Of a DNA stretch of 64,000 nucleotides, positions 19,956 to 28,784 are shown piece after piece (position 1 is the first letter of the stretch; each line of letters starts with the position of its first letter). Where the stretch lies: positions 64,001 through 128,000 of the IMG/VR virus record IMGVR_UViG_3300028804_000001. One strand, 5' to 3'. This stretch comes from a virus. Taxonomy: Duplodnaviria; Caudoviricetes. The position numbers and the translations under genes were made by a program. The notes below the pieces were generated by a model. The model saw nothing but the letters and a program-made list of their open reading frames with translations. It had not been told where the DNA came from and searched no databases.

Positions 19956-20072
19956 TTAGCACGCTAATGCTATTAAGTCCCAGTAACTATTAATATTATT
20001 ACGTTCTTTAAATGATATTAATCTTTCTTTAAAGCTTTTATGATTGTTATCTTCTATATAGATTAAATACAT
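19956..20072 (-). CDS. 38-aa peptide with tandem SFKER motif
   Basis: Hand-translated MYLIYIEDNNHKSFKERLISFKERNNINSYWDLIALAC; fills the gap between neighbours. Confidence 0.45.
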   Translation of the reverse strand: MYLIYIEDNNHKSFKERLISFKERNNINSYWDLIALAC

Positions 20073-20289
20073 CTACCATGCTCCATTTGGAATAACTATA
20101 TCTAATGAGTAGAATTTAAATTCTACCCAGCCTATAATAATCCAGTGAGTTAATATAGATCTAGAGAATTTCTGTTGTTTGGTAGGGAATGAATCTATTA
20201 ATATTTTAAATTCCGGATGCCATTTAAACTCACATCTATTAATAAACAGTCTTATATAGAATATTAATTTAACTTGGATAATATCAATT

Positions 20290-20517
20290 CTACCCTTTAG
20301 CTTTTTTATTCTTAGCTTTACCTTTAACATCACTGGCCTTTTTCTTAGTAATAGTTAAAGGCAAATAATGTTCACAAGTTTGATCTTCTTTAAGAGGCAC
20401 TTCTGAAAACCAGGACTGTCGATATTCATCAGGAGTTGCAGTATATCTATAGCAAGTAGATTTCATATGGCATGAACTCTTCTTTGTAACTCCAACACAC
20501 ATTGTGATGTCTGGCAT
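20290..20517 (-). CDS. small Cys-rich protein, paralog of 21624-21815
   Basis: MPDITMC.G...C....C.RY.A.PD..RQSWFSE.P. Confidence 0.7.
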   Translation of the reverse strand: MPDITMCVGVTKKSSCHMKSTCYRYTATPDEYRQSWFSEVPLKEDQTCEHYLPLTITKKKASDVKGKAKNKKAKG

Positions 20518-21044
20518 ATCATTTACCCTTGATCATTTGTCTTTGTCTTTCTTTCTCTTTATCAATCCGCTCTATGATTTTTTCCAGGTGAACCACTCCA
20601 CTAGAAAGCCCCGGCCGCTATGGACCGGGGTTATCGAATTGGTTTAAAGCGCCCAAACTGTTAAGCCGCCTTGATCGCTACGGAACGATCTGACATCCTC
20701 TACGGCTCCAAGCTCGTAAACGAGAAACGTTGCTTCGGGCTTCTTTGGCTTCTCCTGCTCTGGAGGTTTGCCGCCTTTTGCTTCGGGGTCTTCTTTTATC
20801 TCTGGTGCGTTCTTTTTTTCTTCTGCCATTTTTTTTCTCCTGATGTTTCTGCAAACATTTCTTCTACCTTCATCTTGAATCATTAGAACAAATAAGGCGG
20901 ATTTTTCCTCTGAGCAGAATGCCTGTGAGGACAGAGTCATTTGCTCTCTAATTCTTAATTCTTTAATCTCAATATCTTGTAATGATATTAGATAAAGGAG
21001 AGCTACGAATAATATTACTGCTACAACGAAGATAGTATTGCGAA

Positions 21045-21583
21045 TTACTCGCATTCAGTCTCTCCCTGTTTAATAAGTTCTGTCTCATTAAACCATCTCT
21101 TATAATAGGTCCGTTCTAACCACTTTACTTTCTTATAACCGGGACAGCTGTTTTGACTGTATTGTTCAAACTCATCTGGAGCAAATTTAAAAGTGCAGCC
21201 TGTTGCGCTCTTTCTCCAGCATTGCTGAATCTCTATAAGATCCTGTTCTTCTATCCTGATGATAGGATTATTACAGGATATAATCATAGATGCGATTATT
21301 AATGTTAGGAATGTTCTCCACCAGGTCATTTAGTCGGCTCGCAATAGCGGATTGGTTGGCATTCCACCCGGACAGTCGCTAGCCCTAAGCCAGACGAATA
21401 CTGAATCCCACGCATTCCCGCTGATTCGCACAGTTTCATTTGTGCAATGATCTCCTCGTTGGTCATTTCATGGCGGCAGGACATTCCCAGCGTAACAACT
21501 AATACTATTAAAAGCTTTCTCATTTGTTTCTCCTTTTGATTGCATCTCCGATAGAATACCCTTCGCGTCGCATTTTCGCCCAC
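21045..21583 (-). other. two small putative lipoproteins (21045-21329 and 21326 to about 21523)
   Basis: Hydrophobic signals ending IISC and GMSC. Confidence 0.55.
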
Positions 21584-21623
21584 TTTCGCTTCTCGGCGGC
21601 AGTAAGGGGTTTTGATTTCTTGG

Positions 21624-21815
21624 TCATACTTCCTCCTGATTCAATTCCCTGCGATACGGAATGTAAGAATTGCAGGGCTCATTTTTCTGTATTGGAGCCT
21701 CACTAAACCAGCTTTGCCGCCTGCTATCGGGAATGGCTATATAGCGATCGCATCCATGCTTCTCGCGGCAATCGAGTGTTTTCGTTATACCTGTACACAT
21801 TGTAAAATCAGGCAT
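21624..21815 (-). CDS. small Cys-rich protein, paralog of 20290-20517
   Basis: MPDFTMCTG...RQSWFSEAP. Confidence 0.7.
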   Translation of the reverse strand: MPDFTMCTGITKTLDCREKHGCDRYIAIPDSRRQSWFSEAPIQKNEPCNSYIPYRRELNQEEV

Positions 21816-22398
21816 CAGGATTCCTCCTTTGGGGGCTTCAGAGGGCCATAGAGATAGATATTCTTGTCCCAGTTTACCAAAAAAGTCCCGTGGCGACTGT
21901 TTGACGAGAGAGGGGCGTAAAATCCATCTAACGATTCAAATACGTTCGTCACGAGGAAATGGCCTCTGGATTTCCCACTCGGGCGCCTATCATCGACCCA
22001 ATAGGCCCCCGGCTCTGTTATCTCTGATGCGCGTTGCCAGATCATATCTCGCCACCGAACGCATAGTCTCTCTCAGTCTCGTCCGCGTGATGGAAAGACG
22101 TCTTACCATCGCGGAGGAAGAGTTTCAGCCGCTGGACTGCGTTCCGATATGCGGCATCTCCCATTCCATTATCCTTTGCGCGGCGTTCCGCCTCTTCGAT
22201 CAGAGCCAGGCATTCACGTCTCAAGGCGTCTGGCTTTTTTCCATAGATCAATTCTACCTTCGTGCCCTCCTCTATCGGCACCAGTTCATGGCGGGATAGG
22301 ATTTCGCGGATGCGTTCAGGTACCGAATACGCTAGAGGCATGTCTTTCTGTTCTCGCCTGTTATCAATCAAGTCCAGTATCTCTTCTTTCGCGTTCAT
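21815..22398 (-). other. two hypothetical ORFs in GC-richer patch (21815-22045, 22042-22398)
   Basis: SD-bearing, coupled. Confidence 0.6.
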
Positions 22399-22452
22399 TT
22401 CTCTACCTCCAATATATGATCTTCAATAGTGACTCTGAACAGCTTTTTCATA

Positions 22453-23067
22453 TTATTCCCATTTAGAAACTATAAACTTTCCAAATACTCCTCGGAAAGT
22501 TCCAAGTCCGATAGCTCTTCCACCTTCCTCAAATAGATTAAGAATCTCTTGTTCTTTAATCTCTTTGTTATCATAAATGGTTAAATTAAAGCTGAGCTCC
22601 CATGGTGTAGGCAACATAGGTCTAACTTTTGGATTTGGTATACCCTTATCTAATCTAGCAACGTGATATAATACTCTGATACCGCTCAGGTCATCTAGAT
22701 CAGGTTCAGTTGTTCCGAATTTACCAAATATGATTGGTTCACCTTCTCTTGTAAGAGGGATCCATTCTGGTCCAATTGTAGTAAATGATAGAATAGCATT
22801 ACAGATATCCTTATATTTTCTTTTATCCCTTAGCCTCTTCGGAGCTGAATTCGTGTTGTGGGCCGATAGAAACGACATGATGTTTAATGCCGGTAGACCA
22901 ATAGCCTTGGAACCCCCCGGCTGGAAGTATAATTTCTGGTATGCTTCCAACTTTGTGTTGTTGTCCCCCGCATAGCGGTCGAACAACATTGGTGTTATTC
23001 CCTGAAGTGTTACCTTTCTTACTATATTCCTTCCTGGTTCTGTTATCCTTACTGTTTCCTTTGCCAT
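22453..23067 (-). CDS. Cas7/RAMP-like protein
   Basis: N-terminal strand VTLQGITPML, RP..W.L.F.L strand, and C-terminal Gly-rich loop GGRAIGLGTFRGVFGKF. Confidence 0.7.
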   Translation of the reverse strand: MAKETVRITEPGRNIVRKVTLQGITPMLFDRYAGDNNTKLEAYQKLYFQPGGSKAIGLPALNIMSFLSAHNTNSAPKRLRDKRKYKDICNAILSFTTIGPEWIPLTREGEPIIFGKFGTTEPDLDDLSGIRVLYHVARLDKGIPNPKVRPMLPTPWELSFNLTIYDNKEIKEQEILNLFEEGGRAIGLGTFRGVFGKFIVSKWE

Positions 23068-23093
23068 TGTTATCTCCTTTTTTCATTTTAAAA

Positions 23094-23188
23094 ACCCCGC
23101 CTCGCCCTGCCTAGCCGCGCCTCGCCTCGCCCGTCCCTGCTTCGCAGTGCCACTCCCATCCAGGCGATGCCGCTCAGAGCCATTCCTC
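23094..23188 (-). repeat. 19-unit 5-nt periodic NN-GGY array, putative guide ncRNA
   Basis: Minus strand GA-GGA AT-GGC TC-TGA GC-GGC AT-CGC CT-GGA TG-GGA GT-GGC AC-TGC GA-AGC AG-GGA CG-GGC GA-GGC GA-GGC GC-GGC TA-GGC AG-GGC GA-GGC GG-GGT, then a T-run. Confidence 0.85.
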
Positions 23189-23233
23189 GTTGTTTACTAT
23201 TGGACAGTAGCTACCCTTAACTGAAAAATAACT

Positions 23234-23449
23234 TCATAGGTCTTTTTTATAAGTAATTGCAAGACCATGCTTATCCATTTCCACTAATGGGATTCTTATA
23301 GAAGTTTCTAAACGCCAAGCGGTCATATTAAGATTGGCAATCTTCTGGAATAATATCCCTAATTGGAATGCCTCATTTCTATCTTCACTGAGGATTTCTA
23401 AAACCGGTCCAGAATGATCACTATTCTTTTCTATAAGTGTTATTATCAT
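23234..23449 (-). CDS. hypothetical protein
   Basis: 71 aa. Confidence 0.55.
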   Translation of the reverse strand: MIITLIEKNSDHSGPVLEILSEDRNEAFQLGILFQKIANLNMTAWRLETSIRIPLVEMDKHGLAITYKKDL

Positions 23450-23460
23450 ATTATTTCCTT

Positions 23461-23700
23461 TTATCTTGAAATTCTGTTATTAAGGATATAATTTTTCCAG
23501 CGGATTAATTCATCACCTTCAGCCTTCTTAATTTCTAATATTCTATCAGAGCCCCATATATCGTTGGCTATTTTTCTAGCCTGTAGATGGCCATTAGCTT
23601 CTACAAACCATAGCGGATAACCAATCAACTCTACAGTATATATACCTTTAAAATCACCTATTTCAAGTATCCTTTCTATCAACCGTTCTTTAATACTCAT
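23461..23700 (-). CDS. hypothetical protein (MSIKERL N-terminus)
   Basis: 79 aa. Confidence 0.6.
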   Translation of the reverse strand: MSIKERLIERILEIGDFKGIYTVELIGYPLWFVEANGHLQARKIANDIWGSDRILEIKKAEGDELIRWKNYILNNRISR

Positions 23701-23743
23701 GGCACTGTATATAAATACCCCACTAATATATATGCAGTTCTGG

Positions 23744-24055
23744 TCATTTGGAGATCTTTCGTTTCATATATTCGTGGTTTAACAAAGATGAATAATACTC
23801 CCTGAGATCATTCATCTGTTCTTCATTAGCGGGAGCTAATTTTTCGGCGGGATATACATTACCTGCAGCCTCCAAAGCTTCAGGTAGATCCATATTCTCA
23901 TTAGCAAGCATAAGAGTAATGACCTCAAAATCATAAGCCGCTTCAGCTTCTGTTCTTTTAGGATGACCAAAGTATTCATCCTCCATACCCTGTATAAAGG
24001 CAGCTATCTGTTCCTCTGTTACAGGTAATCCACCAACATTATTATCTTTGCCCAT
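23744..24055 (-). CDS. acidic hypothetical protein
   Basis: AGGAGG SD. Confidence 0.65.
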   Translation of the reverse strand: MGKDNNVGGLPVTEEQIAAFIQGMEDEYFGHPKRTEAEAAYDFEVITLMLANENMDLPEALEAAGNVYPAEKLAPANEEQMNDLREYYSSLLNHEYMKRKISK

Positions 24056-24207
24056 ATATCCTCCTTTTAGCTATTATATTGTATATGAACCTCTATTGAA
24101 CCTTAACCCGAATCTCATTTAACAACCTCAATCTCATACCATCATACCAGGTTCGAGCTCTCTATCTTTGATAGGAGCGTCTGTGTTAGTAAGTGAGATG
24201 TGTGATA

Positions 24208-24790
24208 TTAGACAGGATGGTTGTATGATGCTACGAAGTCCTCGAGCTCATACTTAACCACTGCTTCTTGTACGGATAGCTTGGAGCCATCCGGGAAGGT
24301 TAATATAGTGTTATGATTGTTATCTTTAGCCAGTTTTAGTGCTTGTAGGCAAGTTTCTGCAGCATCTACGCCGCGGATTTTATAGTCCGATAGGTTATAG
24401 CATAAATGCCATCGGACCTTTAATAACATATCATCATCAGGATCTACTATAGGGATAGATAATAACCGCTTTAAAATTTCAAGCACGGTTAAGACTCCTT
24501 CTGAATGATAATGAATCCTGGCCTAGATGATTGTATTCATCCGGATCAACAGGAATATCTCCTGTTTTGAATACCTGCCGTGCGCTTTCATACCGCGCAC
24601 AAAACGCTGCGGTGTCTTCTAGCTCTATATGAAATAGCTCCCATAGGAGCAGCTGAAGATCGCGGGGGGTATAGCCTCTGGCTGTCTGATCGTTCCGTTG
24701 GATAGGCACCGCAAGTCGTTCCTTGAACGATACATTACCGGCTTCAATAGATACCCGATTTTCTTCGGCCGGCACCTCAGTTATCACCAT
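24208..24790 (-). other. two coupled hypothetical ORFs (24208-24486, 24479-24790)
   Basis: ORF track; the second carries an internal SFKERL. Confidence 0.6.
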
Positions 24791-24958
24791 GGATCACATC
24801 CTCTACTTTAAAGAATATCCAGCCAAGCATAAATATTCCTATAAGTAATAGTGCTGACCATGGCATAAGCAGCATAGCCGCTAAATCTTCCATATTTGCC
24901 CCCATACCCGATAATCATCGATTGTAGTTCTAGTAACGCCCAATAAAAAAGGGCCAGC

Positions 24959-25342
24959 TTATCGCTGTGCCCGATCCATCTCATTCCATTTGTTCTCTAC
25001 CTGAGTATGCGACCACCATCTCTTATCATGGTGGATTTGATCCAGTTCTTTGAAATACTGGGTATACTTACCCATTGCAAAGAAGCTGAATGCTACGCTC
25101 AGTATCATTGTGAGCATAGCTGCATTATGTTTAGTAGTGTCGAACAGTGTCCAGGTAATGATAATCCAAACGATTACCGCGGCTACCTTTGAGATGATGT
25201 TGAATCCTATTCCTCCCAGGAACAGTGAAAGAGTATGTCCTTCATATCCCATCATGTGAGGGATATATTCTTGGATTCCATAGCCTGGATACATGATCCA
25301 CGCTAGGAACAGCGTTGATAATACGTATGATGTCTTATTCAT
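24959..25342 (-). CDS. membrane protein
   Basis: Several hydrophobic segments; start moved to MNKTS. Confidence 0.6.
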   Translation of the reverse strand: MNKTSYVLSTLFLAWIMYPGYGIQEYIPHMMGYEGHTLSLFLGGIGFNIISKVAAVIVWIIITWTLFDTTKHNAAMLTMILSVAFSFFAMGKYTQYFKELDQIHHDKRWWSHTQVENKWNEMDRAQR

Positions 25343-25473
25343 AGCATCTTCTCCAGAACAAACTGGATAAGATAAGCTCCGGATGAATACACACATACAA
25401 TATTAACAGCAAGGTTGATTATGTCTACAGCGTTCATATTGAACCTCCATGGACTGAAAAAGAACCAGGCCTT

Positions 25474-26043
25474 TCACTTGGCCTGGTATTTATACTCTTT
25501 AAGAAATTCCCGTTTCGCTTTCTCTCTTTCGAAATCAATTGTCCGGGCTTTCTTGGAGTCTTCAGACTGGTTGAATTCTTTGGTGACTATAGATTCTAAT
25601 TCTGCTTCAGCTAATTCCACGCCGGCTTTCTTAGCTTTCTTGATAATATCTTTGCGGATACCATCTTTTATACGCTGCTCGGCTCCCATCAAATGATGAG
25701 TCTTTTCCCATACGTAGAATGCTTCGATCCATCTCTTCTTGAAGACTGTATATACGATCAGGCCATACAGGATATTACCGAATGCTCCGGCAATACCGGT
25801 AATCATACCACCTGCTCCCATAAAGGATGCAATCGGAATAGCCCAGAGGATATTCCATGCAAATGCAAGCGGTGTAGATGTAACCAGTCTATATCTTAAT
25901 TCTTCTTTGGATCTGAATCCAGCAATACGCATGAACAAGCGGAAAGGCTGTCTAGCGAACAGAAAATCTACGGCACTAATATCAATCCACGCCTGAATTG
26001 CTATCTGACCTGCAATGGCCAGCACTGCCATCCATAGTAACAT
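25474..26043 (-). CDS. membrane protein
   Basis: TM segments plus charged tail; GGAGG SD. Confidence 0.65.
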   Translation of the reverse strand: MLLWMAVLAIAGQIAIQAWIDISAVDFLFARQPFRLFMRIAGFRSKEELRYRLVTSTPLAFAWNILWAIPIASFMGAGGMITGIAGAFGNILYGLIVYTVFKKRWIEAFYVWEKTHHLMGAEQRIKDGIRKDIIKKAKKAGVELAEAELESIVTKEFNQSEDSKKARTIDFEREKAKREFLKEYKYQAK

Positions 26044-26111
26044 AGTATTGTCCTCCAGATCCTGAAAAAGTATCCGAACTGATATTTCTATCAATTCAGA
26101 TACTTCTGGAT

Positions 26112-26648
26112 TCAGCCTCGAGCTGCCTGGATTCCGCGTACAGTTGCAGGTTTCTTTTCAACCTGAACTGCATCTTCATCTTTGAATTTGGACTGGATCC
26201 ATTCTTTCGAACTGTTATATACGCTTTTGACAGCGTCTACATTAGAATCGAATTCATGAATGGATGCAGAACGTCCTTCATCGATGGCAGATTTGAGCCG
26301 CTCGTTTGCCGCTTCCACGGTCTTCAACAGTTTAGAAGAAGCTTGAGTTGTAAGCGGAGTTGCACTGACTACAGTTCTTGCAGCCATAGCAACACCATAT
26401 CCGGCTGTTTTAACCAGATTCTTTGCGGTGAGAGTTACCCCACCGAGCTCAGCTTTAGTTTCCTGAAGCAGGCCTTGTGCAAAGGTCTTAAACCCTTTCT
26501 TCATTTCTTCGCGTGTGATTTCCATGTTAGTTCCTCCATCTTTTTCATCGAGGATTCTAATTGCTGCTCTACCGGCTGGATATAGAACGATGTGTTCTAC
26601 GAATTCGTAGCCGATATAGCCAATTAGTCCCATTACTGCTATATGCAT
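26112..26648 (-). CDS. hypothetical protein
   Basis: 178 aa; second SD-bearing start at MEITR. Confidence 0.65.
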   Translation of the reverse strand: MHIAVMGLIGYIGYEFVEHIVLYPAGRAAIRILDEKDGGTNMEITREEMKKGFKTFAQGLLQETKAELGGVTLTAKNLVKTAGYGVAMAARTVVSATPLTTQASSKLLKTVEAANERLKSAIDEGRSASIHEFDSNVDAVKSVYNSSKEWIQSKFKDEDAVQVEKKPATVRGIQAARG

Positions 26649-26756
26649 AATTGGACCTCCTCACTCACTGAAAAAAAGAACAAGATTATCCCGATTTGCC
26701 TCTCGGGATCACAAGGTAGATGATCTGGGAGGAACAATCTATAGTATTGCTCTTCC

Positions 26757-26867
26757 CTAGTTTGTAAGTTTGCGCTCTACAAGATTAAGCGCGGTTCTTG
26801 TTACAACAACAGCTACTGTCGTTGCTACACTTACTGCTACTGCTTTAATTACTGATTCGATTAGCAT
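26757..26867 (-). CDS. 36-aa hydrophobic peptide
   Basis: Hand-translated MLIESVIKAVAVSVATTVAVVVTRTALNLVERKLTN with GGAGG SD. Confidence 0.55.
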   Translation of the reverse strand: MLIESVIKAVAVSVATTVAVVVTRTALNLVERKLTN

Positions 26868-27356
26868 TGGGTATCCTCCCAAAACCTGAAAAACAGGGTA
26901 TTTGCATGCAAAGCTTCGAATTTTCGTAAGAAATTCACACCATATTATGCAAATGAATGAAATTTTAGTAAAAATTCATGCAGTTGCGTGCAAAATCGCA
27001 ATAAAGTGTGGAAAAAGCGGTTAATCTTCGTGGTAATCTTTAGGATGATTACTCTTCCAGGATTCCAATCTTAACTTTATCAGGATGCCGGTAATCGGGA
27101 GTATAAGTAATAGAACGATGAGGACTATTGGAATAATAACCCATAGCATAACATCGTAGTAGCATGTTAATAAGGGATGTACGCTATTAAAAGAAACCAC
27201 CAGTAAATCCAAGAACTGGTGGTTATTTCTTTTAGCTGTGGGATGTCAGCTCACTCTTAAGCAGGACATTTCCATAAGCGTCGATGTAATAGATCATATA
27301 GATCCTCCACCAACTGAAAAAATAGCCCTCACTTTCATGAGAGCTATTTGCTGTAT

Positions 27357-27770
27357 TCAGAACATCATTGCGTCCGGGATAACAGCGGGAGCAGGAGCTT
27401 GTGCTTCTTGAGGTGCAGCTTCAGCAGCAGGACTTTCATCCGCGGTTGTAACTTTACCTTTTGAAGAACCGAACTCAACACGCTGTGCAAGCACATAATG
27501 CTTATAGTGTGTCTTCCCCTCATTGTCAGTCCAGCGGTCTTGTTTCAAAGAACCAATAACGCTGACTCCGGATCCCTTCTTAAGGTATTTAGCACATGCC
27601 TCACCGGAAGCATTCCATACCTTAACATCAACGAAGGTAACCTCGTGTTTGCCCTTATACTCGCTGTTAATAGCAAGTCCAAGCGTACAAACAGATTTAC
27701 CTGTTGTGGTTTTGCGGAGCTCCGGATCTCTCGAGAGAAAGCCGGAAAGTGTCAAATTGTTGAGATTCAT
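27357..27770 (-). CDS. ssb: single-stranded DNA-binding protein
   Basis: LN..L.G.L.RDPELR.T..GKSV...LA.N...W...E.C.KYL.KG..V.V.G.L.Q..W. Confidence 0.95.
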   Translation of the reverse strand: MNLNNLTLSGFLSRDPELRKTTTGKSVCTLGLAINSEYKGKHEVTFVDVKVWNASGEACAKYLKKGSGVSVIGSLKQDRWTDNEGKTHYKHYVLAQRVEFGSSKGKVTTADESPAAEAAPQEAQAPAPAVIPDAMMF

Positions 27771-27802
27771 AGTAACGGGTCTCCTTTAACCCATTACTTG
27801 AT

Positions 27803-28192
27803 AAAAAAAGACCGGGTATTGCCTTACCACTCTCCTGGTTACGTCCCTAGAGTGTGAGCCCAGTCTTTATGGATAGATTCAAAGCAAGGTTTTATCGGTG
27901 GTTTCATTCTGTTAATAGCCGCAAAGATTCCTCTATCCATTTACTGATAAAGATCACCCGTCCAATATGACAGGTGAAAGCGAGTGTTGTATCTTGGGTT
28001 CCCCGCATACTCGCGGATGCTGTTATTACCAATAACAGGGGAACTTGTAGTGCATTGTCTCCCGCAATTGCACAACAGGGTAGGGACTTACTCAATTCAG
28101 CTGGTTAAGCCGGATGCCCCACTGGAGTGTCCTATTCCGAGGCGGATATTGCCACGTTCGGAACTAGTTTGGTGATCAGCCAACACTCCAAC
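27803..28192 (-). ncRNA. large structured ncRNA A (about 390 nt)
   Basis: Nested stems TGGAGTGT/ACACTCCA, TTCCGA/TCGGAA, GTTCCCC/GGGGAAC, CACCTGTC/GACGGGTG, GGATAGA/TCTATCC, AGACTGGG/CCCGGTCT plus U-run; starts at TTTTTCAG. Confidence 0.6.
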
Positions 28193-28203
28193 TACTGAAA
28201 AAA

Positions 28204-28408
28204 TCCCCACACCTGATCAGGGTATGGGGTACAAACGTACGGCGTTTGTTGCACTACTGGCGCAAGTGCTTGGCGCTAAAACGATCGCGGTCTACCCTTA
28301 ATCCTCACTTTAGCGATCATAGAGGGGGTCCATGCGGGAGGCGTGCAGCCGCATATCTGCGCTTGGATAGTACATGGGTAAGGGCCCAAGCGCCACCTTA
28401 CCAATCAT
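28204..28408 (-). ncRNA. structured ncRNA B (about 200 nt) with pseudoknot
   Basis: The loop of GGTAAGG/CCTTACC carries GCGCTTGG, complementary to downstream CCAAGCGC; further hairpins and a terminator follow. Confidence 0.55.
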
Positions 28409-28578
28409 TGAAAAAACTCACGCGGGTTTCCCTTTAACCCTTCGTGTTACATACACTATTGGGTGAGTGGGGGGCCTGCCCCCTGAAAAAGGGGGTCCAC
28501 TCACCTGCACTGCTTGGTAATTATCCCGGCCAGATCATTACTCTCGGCGCAGCAGAGCTGCAGAGAGAGCTAACCCGT

Positions 28579-28634
28579 CACGTTTCGACCTCCATTTCGG
28601 TCCTCGTCAGTATAGGATGGTTCCTATATACGTG
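28579..28634 (-). ncRNA. type III hammerhead ribozyme
   Basis: CACGUA^UAUAGGA-ACCA-UCCUAUA-CUGACGA-G-GACC-GAAAUGGA-GGUC-GAAACGUG; loop I CCA can pair with loop II UGG; cut between 28629 and 28628. Confidence 0.88.
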
Positions 28635-28674
28635 TATAAAGACAGAATAAACTAATCTTTATATTGAGTATAAC

Positions 28675-28755
28675 AAAAAGAAAAGACCCCCATAGTGTGC
28701 CATAAGACAGAATAAAATTTAAATTATACTATCTTACAGCAACACTATAGGAGTC
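28675..28755 (-). terminator. long hairpin terminator after the polymerase gene
   Basis: GACTCCTATAGTGT...ACACTATGGGGGTC followed by TTTTCTTTTT. Confidence 0.65.
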
Positions 28756-28784
28756 ACCCAGATCATCACAGCATAAACTACAAG

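Noticed and set aside
23094-23188. CRISPR array or simple microsatellite
   Set aside because: There are no 25-45 nt repeats with spacers, and variation concentrates in two of every five positions, unlike slippage repeats
24085-24150. Second pentamer-type array
   Set aside because: The TGAGAT/TGAGGT-like words are irregular and not 5-periodic
27803-28192. RNase P RNA or tmRNA
   Set aside because: Fragments such as CCGGCTTA, GAGGAA and AACAGAA occur in the wrong order, and there are no tRNA-like ends
5277-28490. TTTTTCAG as a eukaryotic 3' splice acceptor
   Set aside because: Genes are uninterrupted, SD-led and prokaryotic, with no paired donor sites
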